Shown in pieces: positions 34,847-44,969 of a stretch of 64,000 nt of DNA. The first letter of the stretch is position 1. The number at the start of each line of letters is the position of its first letter. Where the stretch lies: positions 39,757 through 103,756 of IMG/VR virus record IMGVR_UViG_3300031999_000005; one strand, 5' to 3'. Source of the DNA: a virus. The notes below the pieces were generated by a model. It was not told the DNA's origin. It saw only the letters and a list, made by a program, of their open reading frames with translations, and made no database searches. Position numbers and translations under genes: made by a program.

Positions 34847-37800
34847 GGCGATTGTTCTGGATGTTTGCGTTGCTGCTTCTGCTTCCTCAACTCATTGAGG
34901 CGCGGAGCAGATTCCAAAGTTTCTGCGAAACTGGCGGAGTTTCTGTCACTGTTCCAGGGACCCTTGGCAGTGGCACACAAAAATTCCAACGTTCGTATCC
35001 CTCCTGCACCGTGGCTGTCTATTTAGCCAGTTCTCATACACTCGCGGCGATTTACTCCGATGATGTCGGCACCAGCAAGGCGAACCCTTTCACCGCTGCC
35101 TCTAATGGTCAGTGGTTCTTCTACGCCAATGATGGGCGATACACGGTGGAACTCACTGGTGGAGGCATCAGTGGCACCGTTACATTGGCGGACATCCCGC
35201 TGTTTGATCTCATGGGTGGTGTAAGTAGCACCGTTTTCCTCAACGGGGGGAATGCCTTCGGTTCAACTTTCGCTACCCTGGGGACCACAAACAACAAGGA
35301 CTTGGCAATCATTACCAATGGTGTAGAGCGTGCCAGGGTGCTTGGAAGCGGGACCTATAAAGTTGAGACCGACCTGATGGTTTCCGGTTATTCCGCTTTT
35401 TGCGGAAGCGCTTTATACGATACCGTTGCTACCGGGTACGTTGGAATTATCTGTGACAAAACGTGGATAAATACCGATAACGAGGTACGAGGCATCCATG
35501 CCACTGTTCGCAATAAGCGGACTATTGCCGATGCCGCATGGGACTTCTTTGCTATCGGCGGGGCTGCTGAGGTTGCTACGGGGAATACTCAGCACATTAC
35601 TGGGCAAATGAAAGGAGTAGTAGCAGAGCTTTATTTTCAGCCAGGGGTTTACACTGTAGACAAGGCTGTCGGGCTTCAGTCGAACATCCCTACGCTGGGC
35701 GCGGGAGTCACGGTAACTGATTGGTACGGCTTGGCAGTCAATGCTCCGCCTGCCGGGGGGACAATTACGAATGGTCGAGGAATATGGATTGAGAACTTGA
35801 ACGCCAACGGGAACCCCCCCACGAATTCATACGCCATTCAAATCGACGGGATAGGCAACTACGGCAGGATTAAGTGGCAACATGCGACTATCCAGGAATC
35901 TCCCACCAACTACCTGGAATTGAACGCTACCACTGCTATTGTAACCGTCCCAGGACTGATTGTCGGTGCTGGAGGAAGCCAAGGAGTAAATGCCGGTAGT
36001 TATGCGATTGGCGGGACCACGATTATTGACGGGAGCGGAAACGTTTCAACCACCGGCTATGGGAACTTCTCATATCTCCAAGTGGCGAACGTAGGTGCCC
36101 CTGGAACCCCTGCCGGAGGATACATCAGACTGTATGCCAAGTCCGATGCAACCGACCCCGTAGGCTCCAAACTGCTTTACTACAAGGACTCAGGCAGCAA
36201 CGAATACGTGATCTGCAATACGGGGACCTGTGCTGGGGGAGGCGGGGGCACGATTAGCGGTACTGGAACTGCCACATATATCCCCAAGTTCACCGCAGCC
36301 ACAGTCATTGCAAACTCTATTCTTACGGACAACGGCGCAGGGGCGATGGTCCTTACCGGCACCAATCACTTTGACAGCGCAGGCGGGTATTACGTGGCGG
36401 GGGTGCAAGTCATAGACAGTTCCAAGAGTATTGGGAATGTGGTCAACATGAGCGCTTCGGGGTATATGGTGGCAACGGGGCGCACTGCCGGCTCATATCT
36501 TACGCTGACCAACGCAACAGCCCCCGGTGCGCCCGGAACTGGATACACCCACGTCTACATTAAGGCAGATGGCACTGACCCGTTAGGATCGAAGAAACTC
36601 TATTACAAGGACTCGGCAGCTAATGAATATGCACTGTACCCTGCCGTAATTGGAGGGATCACCGGCAGCGGTACTACGGGAACGGTTCCCAAGTTTACCG
36701 GAGCTTCGGCAATCGGCGATTCCATTCTGACTGATAACGGCGCAGGGGCGATGGTCCTTACCGGCACCAATCACTTTGACAGCGCAGGCGGCTACTATGT
36801 GGCGACAACCCAAGTTATAGACGGTTCCAGAAGCATTGGGAACGTAGTCAACGTGATTGCAAGCGGGTATATGACCGCCGTGGGGCGTGTTGCTGGTGCC
36901 TACCTAACTTTGGCTGACGGGGCGGCTCCCGGTTCCCCTGGCGCGGGTTACGTTCACCTCTACCCCAAAGTGGGTGAGGTGGGAGTGAAGAATTTATACT
37001 ATAAGGACTCAGGGGGGACCGAGTATACAGTCTGCAACACGGTTACTTGCCCCGGAGGAGGCGGAGGGATTAGCGGTAGTGGCACCACGAACACGATTAC
37101 CAAGTTTACGGGCGCTACCGCTGTCGGCAATTCCATTATGACGGAGGCAGGCGGGAGTGCGATAGTCCTGACAGGAGCTAATCACTTCGATTCCGCCGGA
37201 GGGTATTACGTTGCGGGAACCCAAGTCATTGACGGTAGCAGGAATATCGGCAATGTGGTGAACATCTCCAATTCCGGCAGTGTCAGCGCCACAGGAAACA
37301 TCAACACCTCTACGGGATTTCGCATCAACGCTGCCGCACCTGTTCGTCACTACTTGGTAGGAAATGGCAGTTACTATGTGGACGGAACCATACAGGTTGG
37401 TGACATTCCTAGCCATGCCCATGCCGGCACGGACATCACCAGTGGTACAGTTGGTACAGCATATCTCCCGGTAGCAGGAACGGGGGTAGCTGGCATCGTC
37501 TCTGCCGCTGGCTCACAGTATTTTAGTGGCACTAAGTATTTCAACGCTGTGCTTACGGCTCTTGGTGGAATCAGCGCACCAAGCCAAGGCGTCTCGGCTG
37601 GCAGTTTTGCCATCGGTGCCACCACAATTATAGACGCTGCAACAAACGTTAGTACGACCGGCATCGGGAACTTCGGGTCAATCCAAGTGTTGTCCGGAAC
37701 TGTTGTGACGGCAAATCGTGGAATTATCCATCGTTACTTTGCGTCTGCGGGGTTCCCAACTCTTGATACAAATGAGGTTGCTATCTGGTACAAGACCAGT

Positions 37801-37878
37801 GGTGGAGGGGGTATTTGGCTGGTTAGCAACGTGGCTGGTGCTGCTAACTACGGTGTCCTGATGACGCTGAATCCGTAA
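34843..37878 (+). CDS. signal-peptide-bearing tail spike/fibre with particle-binding N-domain and 3 internal repeats
   Basis: MRRLFWMFALLLLLPQLIEA-R; LAAIYSD...ANPFTA..NG..FFYA.DGRY particle-binding motif; GSGT...PKFT.A..IG.SI repeats; 8 Cys. Confidence 0.8.
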   Translation: MRRLFWMFALLLLLPQLIEARSRFQSFCETGGVSVTVPGTLGSGTQKFQRSYPSCTVAVYLASSHTLAAIYSDDVGTSKANPFTAASNGQWFFYANDGRYTVELTGGGISGTVTLADIPLFDLMGGVSSTVFLNGGNAFGSTFATLGTTNNKDLAIITNGVERARVLGSGTYKVETDLMVSGYSAFCGSALYDTVATGYVGIICDKTWINTDNEVRGIHATVRNKRTIADAAWDFFAIGGAAEVATGNTQHITGQMKGVVAELYFQPGVYTVDKAVGLQSNIPTLGAGVTVTDWYGLAVNAPPAGGTITNGRGIWIENLNANGNPPTNSYAIQIDGIGNYGRIKWQHATIQESPTNYLELNATTAIVTVPGLIVGAGGSQGVNAGSYAIGGTTIIDGSGNVSTTGYGNFSYLQVANVGAPGTPAGGYIRLYAKSDATDPVGSKLLYYKDSGSNEYVICNTGTCAGGGGGTISGTGTATYIPKFTAATVIANSILTDNGAGAMVLTGTNHFDSAGGYYVAGVQVIDSSKSIGNVVNMSASGYMVATGRTAGSYLTLTNATAPGAPGTGYTHVYIKADGTDPLGSKKLYYKDSAANEYALYPAVIGGITGSGTTGTVPKFTGASAIGDSILTDNGAGAMVLTGTNHFDSAGGYYVATTQVIDGSRSIGNVVNVIASGYMTAVGRVAGAYLTLADGAAPGSPGAGYVHLYPKVGEVGVKNLYYKDSGGTEYTVCNTVTCPGGGGGISGSGTTNTITKFTGATAVGNSIMTEAGGSAIVLTGANHFDSAGGYYVAGTQVIDGSRNIGNVVNISNSGSVSATGNINTSTGFRINAAAPVRHYLVGNGSYYVDGTIQVGDIPSHAHAGTDITSGTVGTAYLPVAGTGVAGIVSAAGSQYFSGTKYFNAVLTALGGISAPSQGVSAGSFAIGATTIIDAATNVSTTGIGNFGSIQVLSGTVVTANRGIIHRYFASAGFPTLDTNEVAIWYKTSGGGGIWLVSNVAGAANYGVLMTLNP
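36331..36791 (+). repeat. 56-nt exact direct repeat (36331-36386 = 36736-36791) within 3x ~135-aa repeat
   Basis: AACGGCGCAGGGGCGATGGTCCTTACCGGCACCAATCACTTTGACAGCGCAGGCGG occurs twice. Confidence 0.9.
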
Positions 37879-37884
37879 GGAGGT

Positions 37885-38109
37885 TTGATGAAGCTCACGC
37901 TCGTATTGATGCTTGCTATGGTTCTCGGTCCCTTGGCACCCTGCGCGGATAAACCAGACCCATTGGTCTTGGCTAAGATTGAACTGCTGCGCCAAGAGCA
38001 GGGGGAGATAGAGAACAGGATTCTCAAAGCGCATGGAGCAGAAGGCGGTTGGATTGATGTGCAGACAAAGCGGGTCATCCCCCCGCTCCCGAAACCCAAG
38101 GAGAAGTGA
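37885..38109 (+). CDS. small secreted coiled-coil protein (possible fibre chaperone)
   Basis: Signal peptide; TAAGGAGG RBS; directly after the spike gene; paralogue of 3236..3634. Confidence 0.65.
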   Translation: MMKLTLVLMLAMVLGPLAPCADKPDPLVLAKIELLRQEQGEIENRILKAHGAEGGWIDVQTKRVIPPLPKPKEK

Positions 38110-41100
38110 TTGGCCGAATTCAAGACACAACCGATACTGTTCCACAACAAGGGCCTGCTGGCCCGTGTAGCTGTAGACCAAGCTCCGCCCGATACTTACC
38201 TGAATCTGCTGAACATCGAATCACGAGAAGAGAACGCCCTAGCATCCAGATTTGGACGTTCGGTCATCACCAAGAACACCACAAGCCATCAGAATCTTCC
38301 ACTCTATTCAGCCGGCCTAGCGCCGCTTCCTGTGTTGTCCATGCACCGGATGGTTTACCAGACCAGCAAATACCGGTATGCTGCAACGAGCCGTCGCCTT
38401 TACAGGAGTACAAAGATTGATGACACGTCGGGAGCCTATACCCCGATCAACGGGCACAAATCCGGTGTGGTTAATGTTGATGCTACTGGAAAGATTGTGA
38501 CTTGGGTATCGGGGGACACATTCAGCACCGCATGGGTCGGGATGCTGATATGGATTACGGGGGGCTATTATCAGGTAGCGCACGTTGTCAGCGCGACCAC
38601 ATTGTACTTGGCCGGTGGCCCCGCAGGTCCCCTAACCGGAGCAACCTACGATTTGGACGAAATGGGGATCTACGGGAACCCGACATTTTCCGCGAATTTC
38701 AGACCGGATATGTCGTCGGCACCGTACATCTTCTTTGCTGATTGGTACCAGATGCTGAAGGACACCGGTGCCCTGGCATCGACGCAGCGATGGGGCATCT
38801 TTGCGCCAACGCGCCCAGTAACCACGCAGTTAACTTCTCCTGCGGCCACGATCATTGAGGACTTTGACTTTCTTGGGGACTTGGCGATTACCGGAGTCAT
38901 CACTCCAGCGATCGTAGCGAAAATACCGGCAGCGGCGCAACTCAATCCCGCAGGAGCGGCGATATCGGCTGGACAAATATCCACGGTGACACCCACGGCT
39001 GGTGCGATGGTGGCAATTCAACCGGGAGCACTAATTAGGGTCGATGCGACCCTTGGAACCCAAGAGGATATTCTCGTTATTTCCACCACATCCTCGACCT
39101 TCACGGCCTACTTCTACTATACGCATGTGGCGACATCGACAATCGACGAAACAGAAGTCATGGGAGGTATCCCGGCTGGCACCACCGGGACGATTACCAG
39201 GGCAGTGATTACTCCAGTGATTGATCTCGGCCAGATGCGTTACCCGCCATTTCCATCTGGAACGATTGCTTCTGCCGGGGGGGATGATCGGCTTCACTTC
39301 CACTTGCAGGGCATTGTCTCATCGGGGATAGTGATTACCGCAGAGGCTGCTGCTGATCCCGCTGGGTTCACTTCGGTTGCACACGGCTTGGTGGACGGGA
39401 ACACCATCGAAATCAGCAACTATACAGGTTTGTGGTTGCCAGCCAATGGAGTCTGGACGGTCACGGTGACTGGTCCAGATACGTTCACGGTGCCGTTGGA
39501 TGCTTCTGGTTTTGGAGCGTCAGCGGACACTCCAACATGGGCCATTGTCTCTGCCAGTGCGGCAGGAGCCATTTCAAAGATCGAGATTTCCATGGATGTG
39601 GGCGACGGTTCTTTCACCGAGGACTTCTACATCAAGACCATCGACAATCCTGAATCAACGATGGTCGAAATTCAATTCAAGGACTTTGTGGCCCACGGTC
39701 TAGCAGGGGAAGTTGGGCATACATTTTGGAATGTACTCTGCTGGCGAATTGCCATTACGGCGGCGGTGCCCTGCACGATTTACCTGAGCGAATTCTATGA
39801 ACACGGTGGGACCGGCCTAGATACGACCGGCGGCGTGAAGTACGACTACCGGGTCACGTACTACGACAACAACACCGGAGCGGAATCTTCACCTTCGGTG
39901 GTGATGGCCACAGATAGTTGGCTTGATCCTCGGCGCCAGCCGGTGTTGCTCAGTTGGGTGCCCAGCCCTGATTCGCAGGTAACTCATGCACGTCCATACC
40001 GCCGTGGCGGAGTGCTCTCATCCGACTGGTACAAACTCGCGGATGTGCCGATTGGCACGAACGTGTATGAAGACAGACTTTCGGATGCCTCGATTGCGCT
40101 GAATAAACTCCTGGAAATCGACAACGATCCGCCAATCAGTTCGCTGATACCGGTTCCTGTCAACCGAGTATTGGGCGGAGCAGTGGTGGCCGGCGCGATG
40201 GCTTCGGTGGTGCCTGGTGCGGACCCAGGTGTTATGACCGGTATCTATCCGAACCAGTACCTGGACGTGGACACAGGAGATTCTTACGAATCGGTGATTG
40301 TGGAATCGACCCGGCTAACCGGCGTGGTAAACACTGTGGCTCCCGCAACCGTCGATTGGGTGAGCGGGCAAACATTCAGCACCACCTGGATCGGGAAAAC
40401 CATCAAGATCAACAACGTGAACTACGAGGTGCTCGGCGTTGCTTCCTCCATACAGTTGACCCTGACCTCCAATCCGGGAAACCAATCAGCAGTGTGGTAC
40501 GGGGTCGACTGCATCTATGCCTATTTCCAGAAGGCACACGCAGCCACGGCTATGATCTTTGCTTCGGTACGAACCGGAAAGCCGGCGGCGCTGTGTGCAT
40601 CGGCCTACGGTCGGATGTGGGTGGCCGGAGACCTGGACAATCCGCACATCCTTTATTACTCGAAACGCAATCGGCCAGAATCATTCCCTCCGCAGAACAC
40701 GCTGGAGATCGGGAACCCCTCAGATCCGATTATGGCAGTGATCGAACATCGAGGGGTTCTGCTGGTGGCCACCAAGAGCACTTGGTACTATGTCTCCTCG
40801 CCAGCCAATGCCGTTCCTTACTACACCTCAACCGGATGCCGGCATGGGTTGCTGACGTACTATGGATGGACAAAAACTGAGGCGGACATCTGGTACAAGT
40901 CCCATGGGGGAATCTACGTATTCCGCGGGATGGATGCGACCTACGTGAGCGAACCGGTGGAATGGGTGTTTCGCGGGAAGGCTCTTGGGCCAGTCGTCCC
41001 AATGGATCAAACGCAAGAACAGTCCGTTCGGATGGCGTACCACAACAACGAGGTTTACTGCTCTTATGTTGGGACGGATGGTTACGTCTACCGATTGATT

Positions 41101-42165
41101 TCCCACCTCATCTACCAGCGCGGTAGAAACGACCAGAACTCCGACACACCCAATTGCGTAACCTCGATGTTCCTGGAGGAAGACACAAACACTCTGCTGC
41201 TGGGAATGTCGAACGGGATGATTGTCGCAGATCGGCAAGCGATGGACTACGACGACGGAGGCTATGCGGTCGGTGGGGCCGCAGTGCAACTTCCGATTGG
41301 CCTGAATTTGCAAACGCCATACCGGGATCAGGGTGAGCCGGAAAAGGAGAAACTTTACGAGCAAGTGACGCTCGATCTAAACACCCGTGGGCAAGACGTG
41401 ACTGTGGTTGCCCTGTTCAACAACGGAGAAGTGGGTGCCATCACGGCCGCTACGAATGCCACGGCCGCCCAGATGACAAGAGCTAATCACGGCCTGTCAA
41501 CCGGGGCTATAGTGGTAATTTCTGGTTTTGCTGGAGGCTGGACGACGGCCAATACATCATGGCCCGTTACCGTGGATGGGCCGGATACCTTCACGATCCC
41601 ATTGGACAGCACAGCATTTGGAGCATTGGCTGGAACCCCGGTTTACACCTTGACTATAACCCTGGGGATCGTGAGCACGCTCACGCGGCAGCAGGTGAAG
41701 CTCGACATCAATTCGGGCCTGGGCCAGCTTGCCAGAAACATATCAGTGCGACTGACGGCATCGGTGACGCAGGTGGTGGACTTCTACGGCTTTTACGTGA
41801 AGGCTTCCCTGGACACTGAATGGCGCCTGTCCTTTGACACCTATTGGACCGACTTTGGGATGCCGGGCTGGAAATTCGCAAAGCAGGGGTGGTTTGAATA
41901 CGTCTCGAATGCCACAATCACTTTCTATGTCTACCTGGAGGGAAGCGGCACGCCGACGTACACATTCGACCTGCCATCTAGCGGTGGCCTTCGAGCGGCA
42001 TTCCGAAAGCGGCTTCCGCCGGTCGAAGGCAAACTGTGGCGGTTCTTGGCCCTTTCGAGCGCCAATTTCAAGTTGTATCCAGGCAGCTTTATCGAAATGA
42101 AGCCAGTCTGTGCGGCAGATCAAAAAGGATACACACAATTTCCGTTGGAGGCGTTGTCGCAATAG
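38110..42165 (+). CDS. tail nozzle/stabilisation protein (P22 gp10/T7 gp12-like) with multiple inserted beta domains
   Basis: N-terminal GL...D..P...LLNI; propeller-like GRMWVAG...ILYYS..PESFP; two E1-FCCH-like inserts (HGL..G..I.IS...GPDTFT.PLD). Confidence 0.7.
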   Translation: MAEFKTQPILFHNKGLLARVAVDQAPPDTYLNLLNIESREENALASRFGRSVITKNTTSHQNLPLYSAGLAPLPVLSMHRMVYQTSKYRYAATSRRLYRSTKIDDTSGAYTPINGHKSGVVNVDATGKIVTWVSGDTFSTAWVGMLIWITGGYYQVAHVVSATTLYLAGGPAGPLTGATYDLDEMGIYGNPTFSANFRPDMSSAPYIFFADWYQMLKDTGALASTQRWGIFAPTRPVTTQLTSPAATIIEDFDFLGDLAITGVITPAIVAKIPAAAQLNPAGAAISAGQISTVTPTAGAMVAIQPGALIRVDATLGTQEDILVISTTSSTFTAYFYYTHVATSTIDETEVMGGIPAGTTGTITRAVITPVIDLGQMRYPPFPSGTIASAGGDDRLHFHLQGIVSSGIVITAEAAADPAGFTSVAHGLVDGNTIEISNYTGLWLPANGVWTVTVTGPDTFTVPLDASGFGASADTPTWAIVSASAAGAISKIEISMDVGDGSFTEDFYIKTIDNPESTMVEIQFKDFVAHGLAGEVGHTFWNVLCWRIAITAAVPCTIYLSEFYEHGGTGLDTTGGVKYDYRVTYYDNNTGAESSPSVVMATDSWLDPRRQPVLLSWVPSPDSQVTHARPYRRGGVLSSDWYKLADVPIGTNVYEDRLSDASIALNKLLEIDNDPPISSLIPVPVNRVLGGAVVAGAMASVVPGADPGVMTGIYPNQYLDVDTGDSYESVIVESTRLTGVVNTVAPATVDWVSGQTFSTTWIGKTIKINNVNYEVLGVASSIQLTLTSNPGNQSAVWYGVDCIYAYFQKAHAATAMIFASVRTGKPAALCASAYGRMWVAGDLDNPHILYYSKRNRPESFPPQNTLEIGNPSDPIMAVIEHRGVLLVATKSTWYYVSSPANAVPYYTSTGCRHGLLTYYGWTKTEADIWYKSHGGIYVFRGMDATYVSEPVEWVFRGKALGPVVPMDQTQEQSVRMAYHNNEVYCSYVGTDGYVYRLISHLIYQRGRNDQNSDTPNCVTSMFLEEDTNTLLLGMSNGMIVADRQAMDYDDGGYAVGGAAVQLPIGLNLQTPYRDQGEPEKEKLYEQVTLDLNTRGQDVTVVALFNNGEVGAITAATNATAAQMTRANHGLSTGAIVVISGFAGGWTTANTSWPVTVDGPDTFTIPLDSTAFGALAGTPVYTLTITLGIVSTLTRQQVKLDINSGLGQLARNISVRLTASVTQVVDFYGFYVKASLDTEWRLSFDTYWTDFGMPGWKFAKQGWFEYVSNATITFYVYLEGSGTPTYTFDLPSSGGLRAAFRKRLPPVEGKLWRFLALSSANFKLYPGSFIEMKPVCAADQKGYTQFPLEALSQ

Positions 42166-43517
42166 TGCCCGGCATCATCTTTAACCCGTTTCGGCAGAAA
42201 GACCTGCAAGAACCTAGCCTTTCCATGCTCAATGAGTTCTGGCGGAAACTGGCGGAGCAGATCAATGAACTTTGGGGATTGGCCGGCCCGGTTCTTCTTA
42301 ACGATGATCTTGACCTCCAGGGGCACAGTATTCTGAACGCAAGTCTGGCTGGCGCTGCGGCTTCGTCTTCTTCGGCTGCACCGTCCCTTTACGGTCCGCA
42401 TTCCAATCGCCCTGATGCCTCCGGCGTAGCAGAAGGCACCCTGTACCTGGAGACTGACCGCACTGTCCTTTATCAGTTGCAGTTGGTCAGTTCGGTTAAG
42501 CGGTGGGTCTACATTGCCGGGATCATGCAGGGCTTGTTCTCTGGGCGGCCGCTGGCCTCTTCTTTGGGGCCGGGGGACAGCGGGTTGCTTTACCATGCCA
42601 GCGATAATGGCCAGGTCTACAGGTTCAGTTATCCGGCGTGGTCAATCATTAATCTCCGCGGGCCGATGATTGAAGGCACAAATGCCGAACGGCTGGCTGG
42701 CGGAAGATACGATGCGAAGAATTTGGCTGTGGGGGCGGAGTTTTTTGAGACCGATACTCTGGCGAGATACATGGTGCAGGTGGTTGCCGGGGTGAACACA
42801 TGGGTGGTGGAACCCGCAGCGGACATTGACGTGCAGAAGGCTGGAGTATTGGTTGGGACGCGCTCGAAGGTTAATTTCACCGAAGACGGCAACATTGTGT
42901 TGACAATGGCCGATAATCCGGGACAGACACGTGTGGACATTGGAATAAAAGCAACTGGTGCGGGCGACGTGATTGGTCCTGGCTCGGCTACTGATTCCGA
43001 TTTTGCGGGATTTGACGGAACTACCGGCAAGCTCATTAAAGATAGTAGCTCAAAGGCAGCGGACTTCGCCCCAGCGGGATATATCCCTCAAGCTCAGGTT
43101 GCCCGTGCGCATCACTCTGCAAACCAGTCCATTCCCAATGTCACGTATACGACACTTAATTTTGACACAAACACCTTTACGCCTGTACCGCCTACAATGC
43201 ACGATCCTGCTACAAGCAACTCCAAGTTCGTAGCACCAGTCGCAGGGAAATATCTTGTCAAGGCAAGTATATCGTTTGAAACCAATCCAACCGGGGATAG
43301 AAGGGTAATACTCCGTCTAAACGGGGCCTCCGGGACTACAGCAGTATTCCAGTCCAGTCCGGCGGCTGAACCTACTATACAAATCTCGGACATTTTAAGT
43401 CTTGCGGCAAACGACTACATAGAAGCAAGAGTTTTTCAGTCGTCCGGCGGGACGTTATTGGTAGTATGGGGAGCAACCGATACTTCGATGGCCATGTACT
43501 TCTTAGGGGGTAATTAA
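42165..43517 (+). CDS. tail-associated protein with C-terminal C1q/TNF-like domain
   Basis: GDVIGPGSATDSDFAGFDGTTGKLIKDS fibre motif; LNFD...KFVAPVAGKYLV...LAANDYIE. Confidence 0.7.
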   Translation: MPGIIFNPFRQKDLQEPSLSMLNEFWRKLAEQINELWGLAGPVLLNDDLDLQGHSILNASLAGAAASSSSAAPSLYGPHSNRPDASGVAEGTLYLETDRTVLYQLQLVSSVKRWVYIAGIMQGLFSGRPLASSLGPGDSGLLYHASDNGQVYRFSYPAWSIINLRGPMIEGTNAERLAGGRYDAKNLAVGAEFFETDTLARYMVQVVAGVNTWVVEPAADIDVQKAGVLVGTRSKVNFTEDGNIVLTMADNPGQTRVDIGIKATGAGDVIGPGSATDSDFAGFDGTTGKLIKDSSSKAADFAPAGYIPQAQVARAHHSANQSIPNVTYTTLNFDTNTFTPVPPTMHDPATSNSKFVAPVAGKYLVKASISFETNPTGDRRVILRLNGASGTTAVFQSSPAAEPTIQISDILSLAANDYIEARVFQSSGGTLLVVWGATDTSMAMYFLGGN

Positions 43518-43521
43518 CTCT

Positions 43522-44094
43522 ATGGCAACAGCAGTAATTGAACCGGAGACGAAGACAGACTGGCCATACCAGTCGGAGACCACTGCTCTGATTCCAAGAA
43601 TCGAGGGGCAGCACGATGACCTCTTGATTCAGGCATACCTCCAGGCGAAGGCAGAGGGTCTCTTGCCCTGGGTATTCCCAGAGGGCGGAGGAGCGATAAC
43701 CGCCGGCGGATTCATGACCGAGATGCACGGGAAACCCATGGTCTTGGCCTTCAGCAAGGCCACAGGCGAACTGATGGGCATTGGGTGGCTATGGGATGTC
43801 AGATGGACGGCGGAAACGAACAAGAAGGCATCCTGCGCGTACTTCTATTTCCGAAAGTGGTGGGGGAAGCCGGAGATCAGGGAAGCCAGCCGGTTTGCCA
43901 TCCGCTGGTGGTTCTACGGACTCGGGGTGACCGTTCTATTCGGGCCGTTGCTGGCAGCAAACCATCGGGCGGTGAAGTTTGCGGAATCTCTGGGGGCCAA
44001 GAAAGTGGCTGATATTCCGCAGTTCTTCTGTAACAATAAGGGCGGGCTGGACGATGCAGTCGTGACAATGTTGGTGCGGGGCGGAGAGAGGTGA
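43522..44094 (+). CDS. GNAT N-acetyltransferase-like protein preceding the ejection genes
   Basis: FRKWWGK...N.RAVKFAESLG GNAT motif; position as in podoviruses. Confidence 0.7.
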   Translation: MATAVIEPETKTDWPYQSETTALIPRIEGQHDDLLIQAYLQAKAEGLLPWVFPEGGGAITAGGFMTEMHGKPMVLAFSKATGELMGIGWLWDVRWTAETNKKASCAYFYFRKWWGKPEIREASRFAIRWWFYGLGVTVLFGPLLAANHRAVKFAESLGAKKVADIPQFFCNNKGGLDDAVVTMLVRGGER

Positions 44095-44097
44095 ACA

Positions 44098-44967
44098 ATG
44101 GGCGATCACGGGGAAAAGGAAACGCAGCGGCAAACGCTGGCGCTGGCGCAACAGCAAGCGGCTCAGGGGCAGAAATTTGATGAACTCGCGGGGATGTACC
44201 TGCCGATTGCCAAGGGCCAAGAAGCGCGCTCCACCGAACTTTACAACCTCACTTTGCCGGGCCTACAAACCGCCGTTAAGCACTATACAGGTCTGGCCAG
44301 CGGTGACACGAACGCCATTTTCAAAGAGATCGCACCAGCCGCTGAGATGCGTCGGCAAGTGGAAAGAGGGGCCGGGGCGCAGATCGAGGAAATGTCACGG
44401 GGCGGAGAACAACGTTTAGCGAAGGCGATGAACGTAAGCGCCTCAGCAGGGGACATCGGAAGGCTGGCAACGCAGTCCTATACATCTGCTTTTCCAGCAC
44501 TGGCACAATTAGCCCAGGGAGGCATCGGTCTGTCGATGGGTGAATTGAGTCAGACACTGGCCGCCATGTCAGGCGCGGGGGGTGCTTACGGTGGGGCCGC
44601 GGGTGCCTACGGGGGCGCCGCCAAGATCACGGGGGACGTTGCGCAGCAACAAGCACAGGCGACAGCGGCCCAAAAGGCCATGTTCTCATCGCTGGCGGGC
44701 ACGGGTGCCGCCTTCATTCCCAAACCGTGCTGGATTGCCGAACTGCTCTATGGTGTGAGCGATATGCGCACCTTCATCATTCGGACGTGGGTATCGCACA
44801 TCCAAATTCGGACATGGCCAGACCGAATCGGGACGGCACTTTATCGGCGGTTTGGGCGGCAGACCGCGGCGGTCCTGCGGCGGGTTCCGGTGTTGCAGGT
44901 TTTCTTCCGGCCGATTTTCAACCACTGGCTTGGTGAAGCATCACGGGCACTGGAAGTGAGGGTTTGA
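44098..44967 (+). CDS. DNA ejection/internal virion protein with C-terminal CWIA..LYG domain
   Basis: A/G/Q-rich helical body; CWIAELLYG...LYRRFG...A...F.PIF. Confidence 0.6.
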   Translation: MGDHGEKETQRQTLALAQQQAAQGQKFDELAGMYLPIAKGQEARSTELYNLTLPGLQTAVKHYTGLASGDTNAIFKEIAPAAEMRRQVERGAGAQIEEMSRGGEQRLAKAMNVSASAGDIGRLATQSYTSAFPALAQLAQGGIGLSMGELSQTLAAMSGAGGAYGGAAGAYGGAAKITGDVAQQQAQATAAQKAMFSSLAGTGAAFIPKPCWIAELLYGVSDMRTFIIRTWVSHIQIRTWPDRIGTALYRRFGRQTAAVLRRVPVLQVFFRPIFNHWLGEASRALEVRV

Positions 44968-44969
44968 CC

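Noticed and set aside
34843-37878. Diversity-generating retroelement acting on the spike repeats
   Set aside because: No reverse transcriptase in the window; the repeats are in-frame and differences are not adenine-specific.
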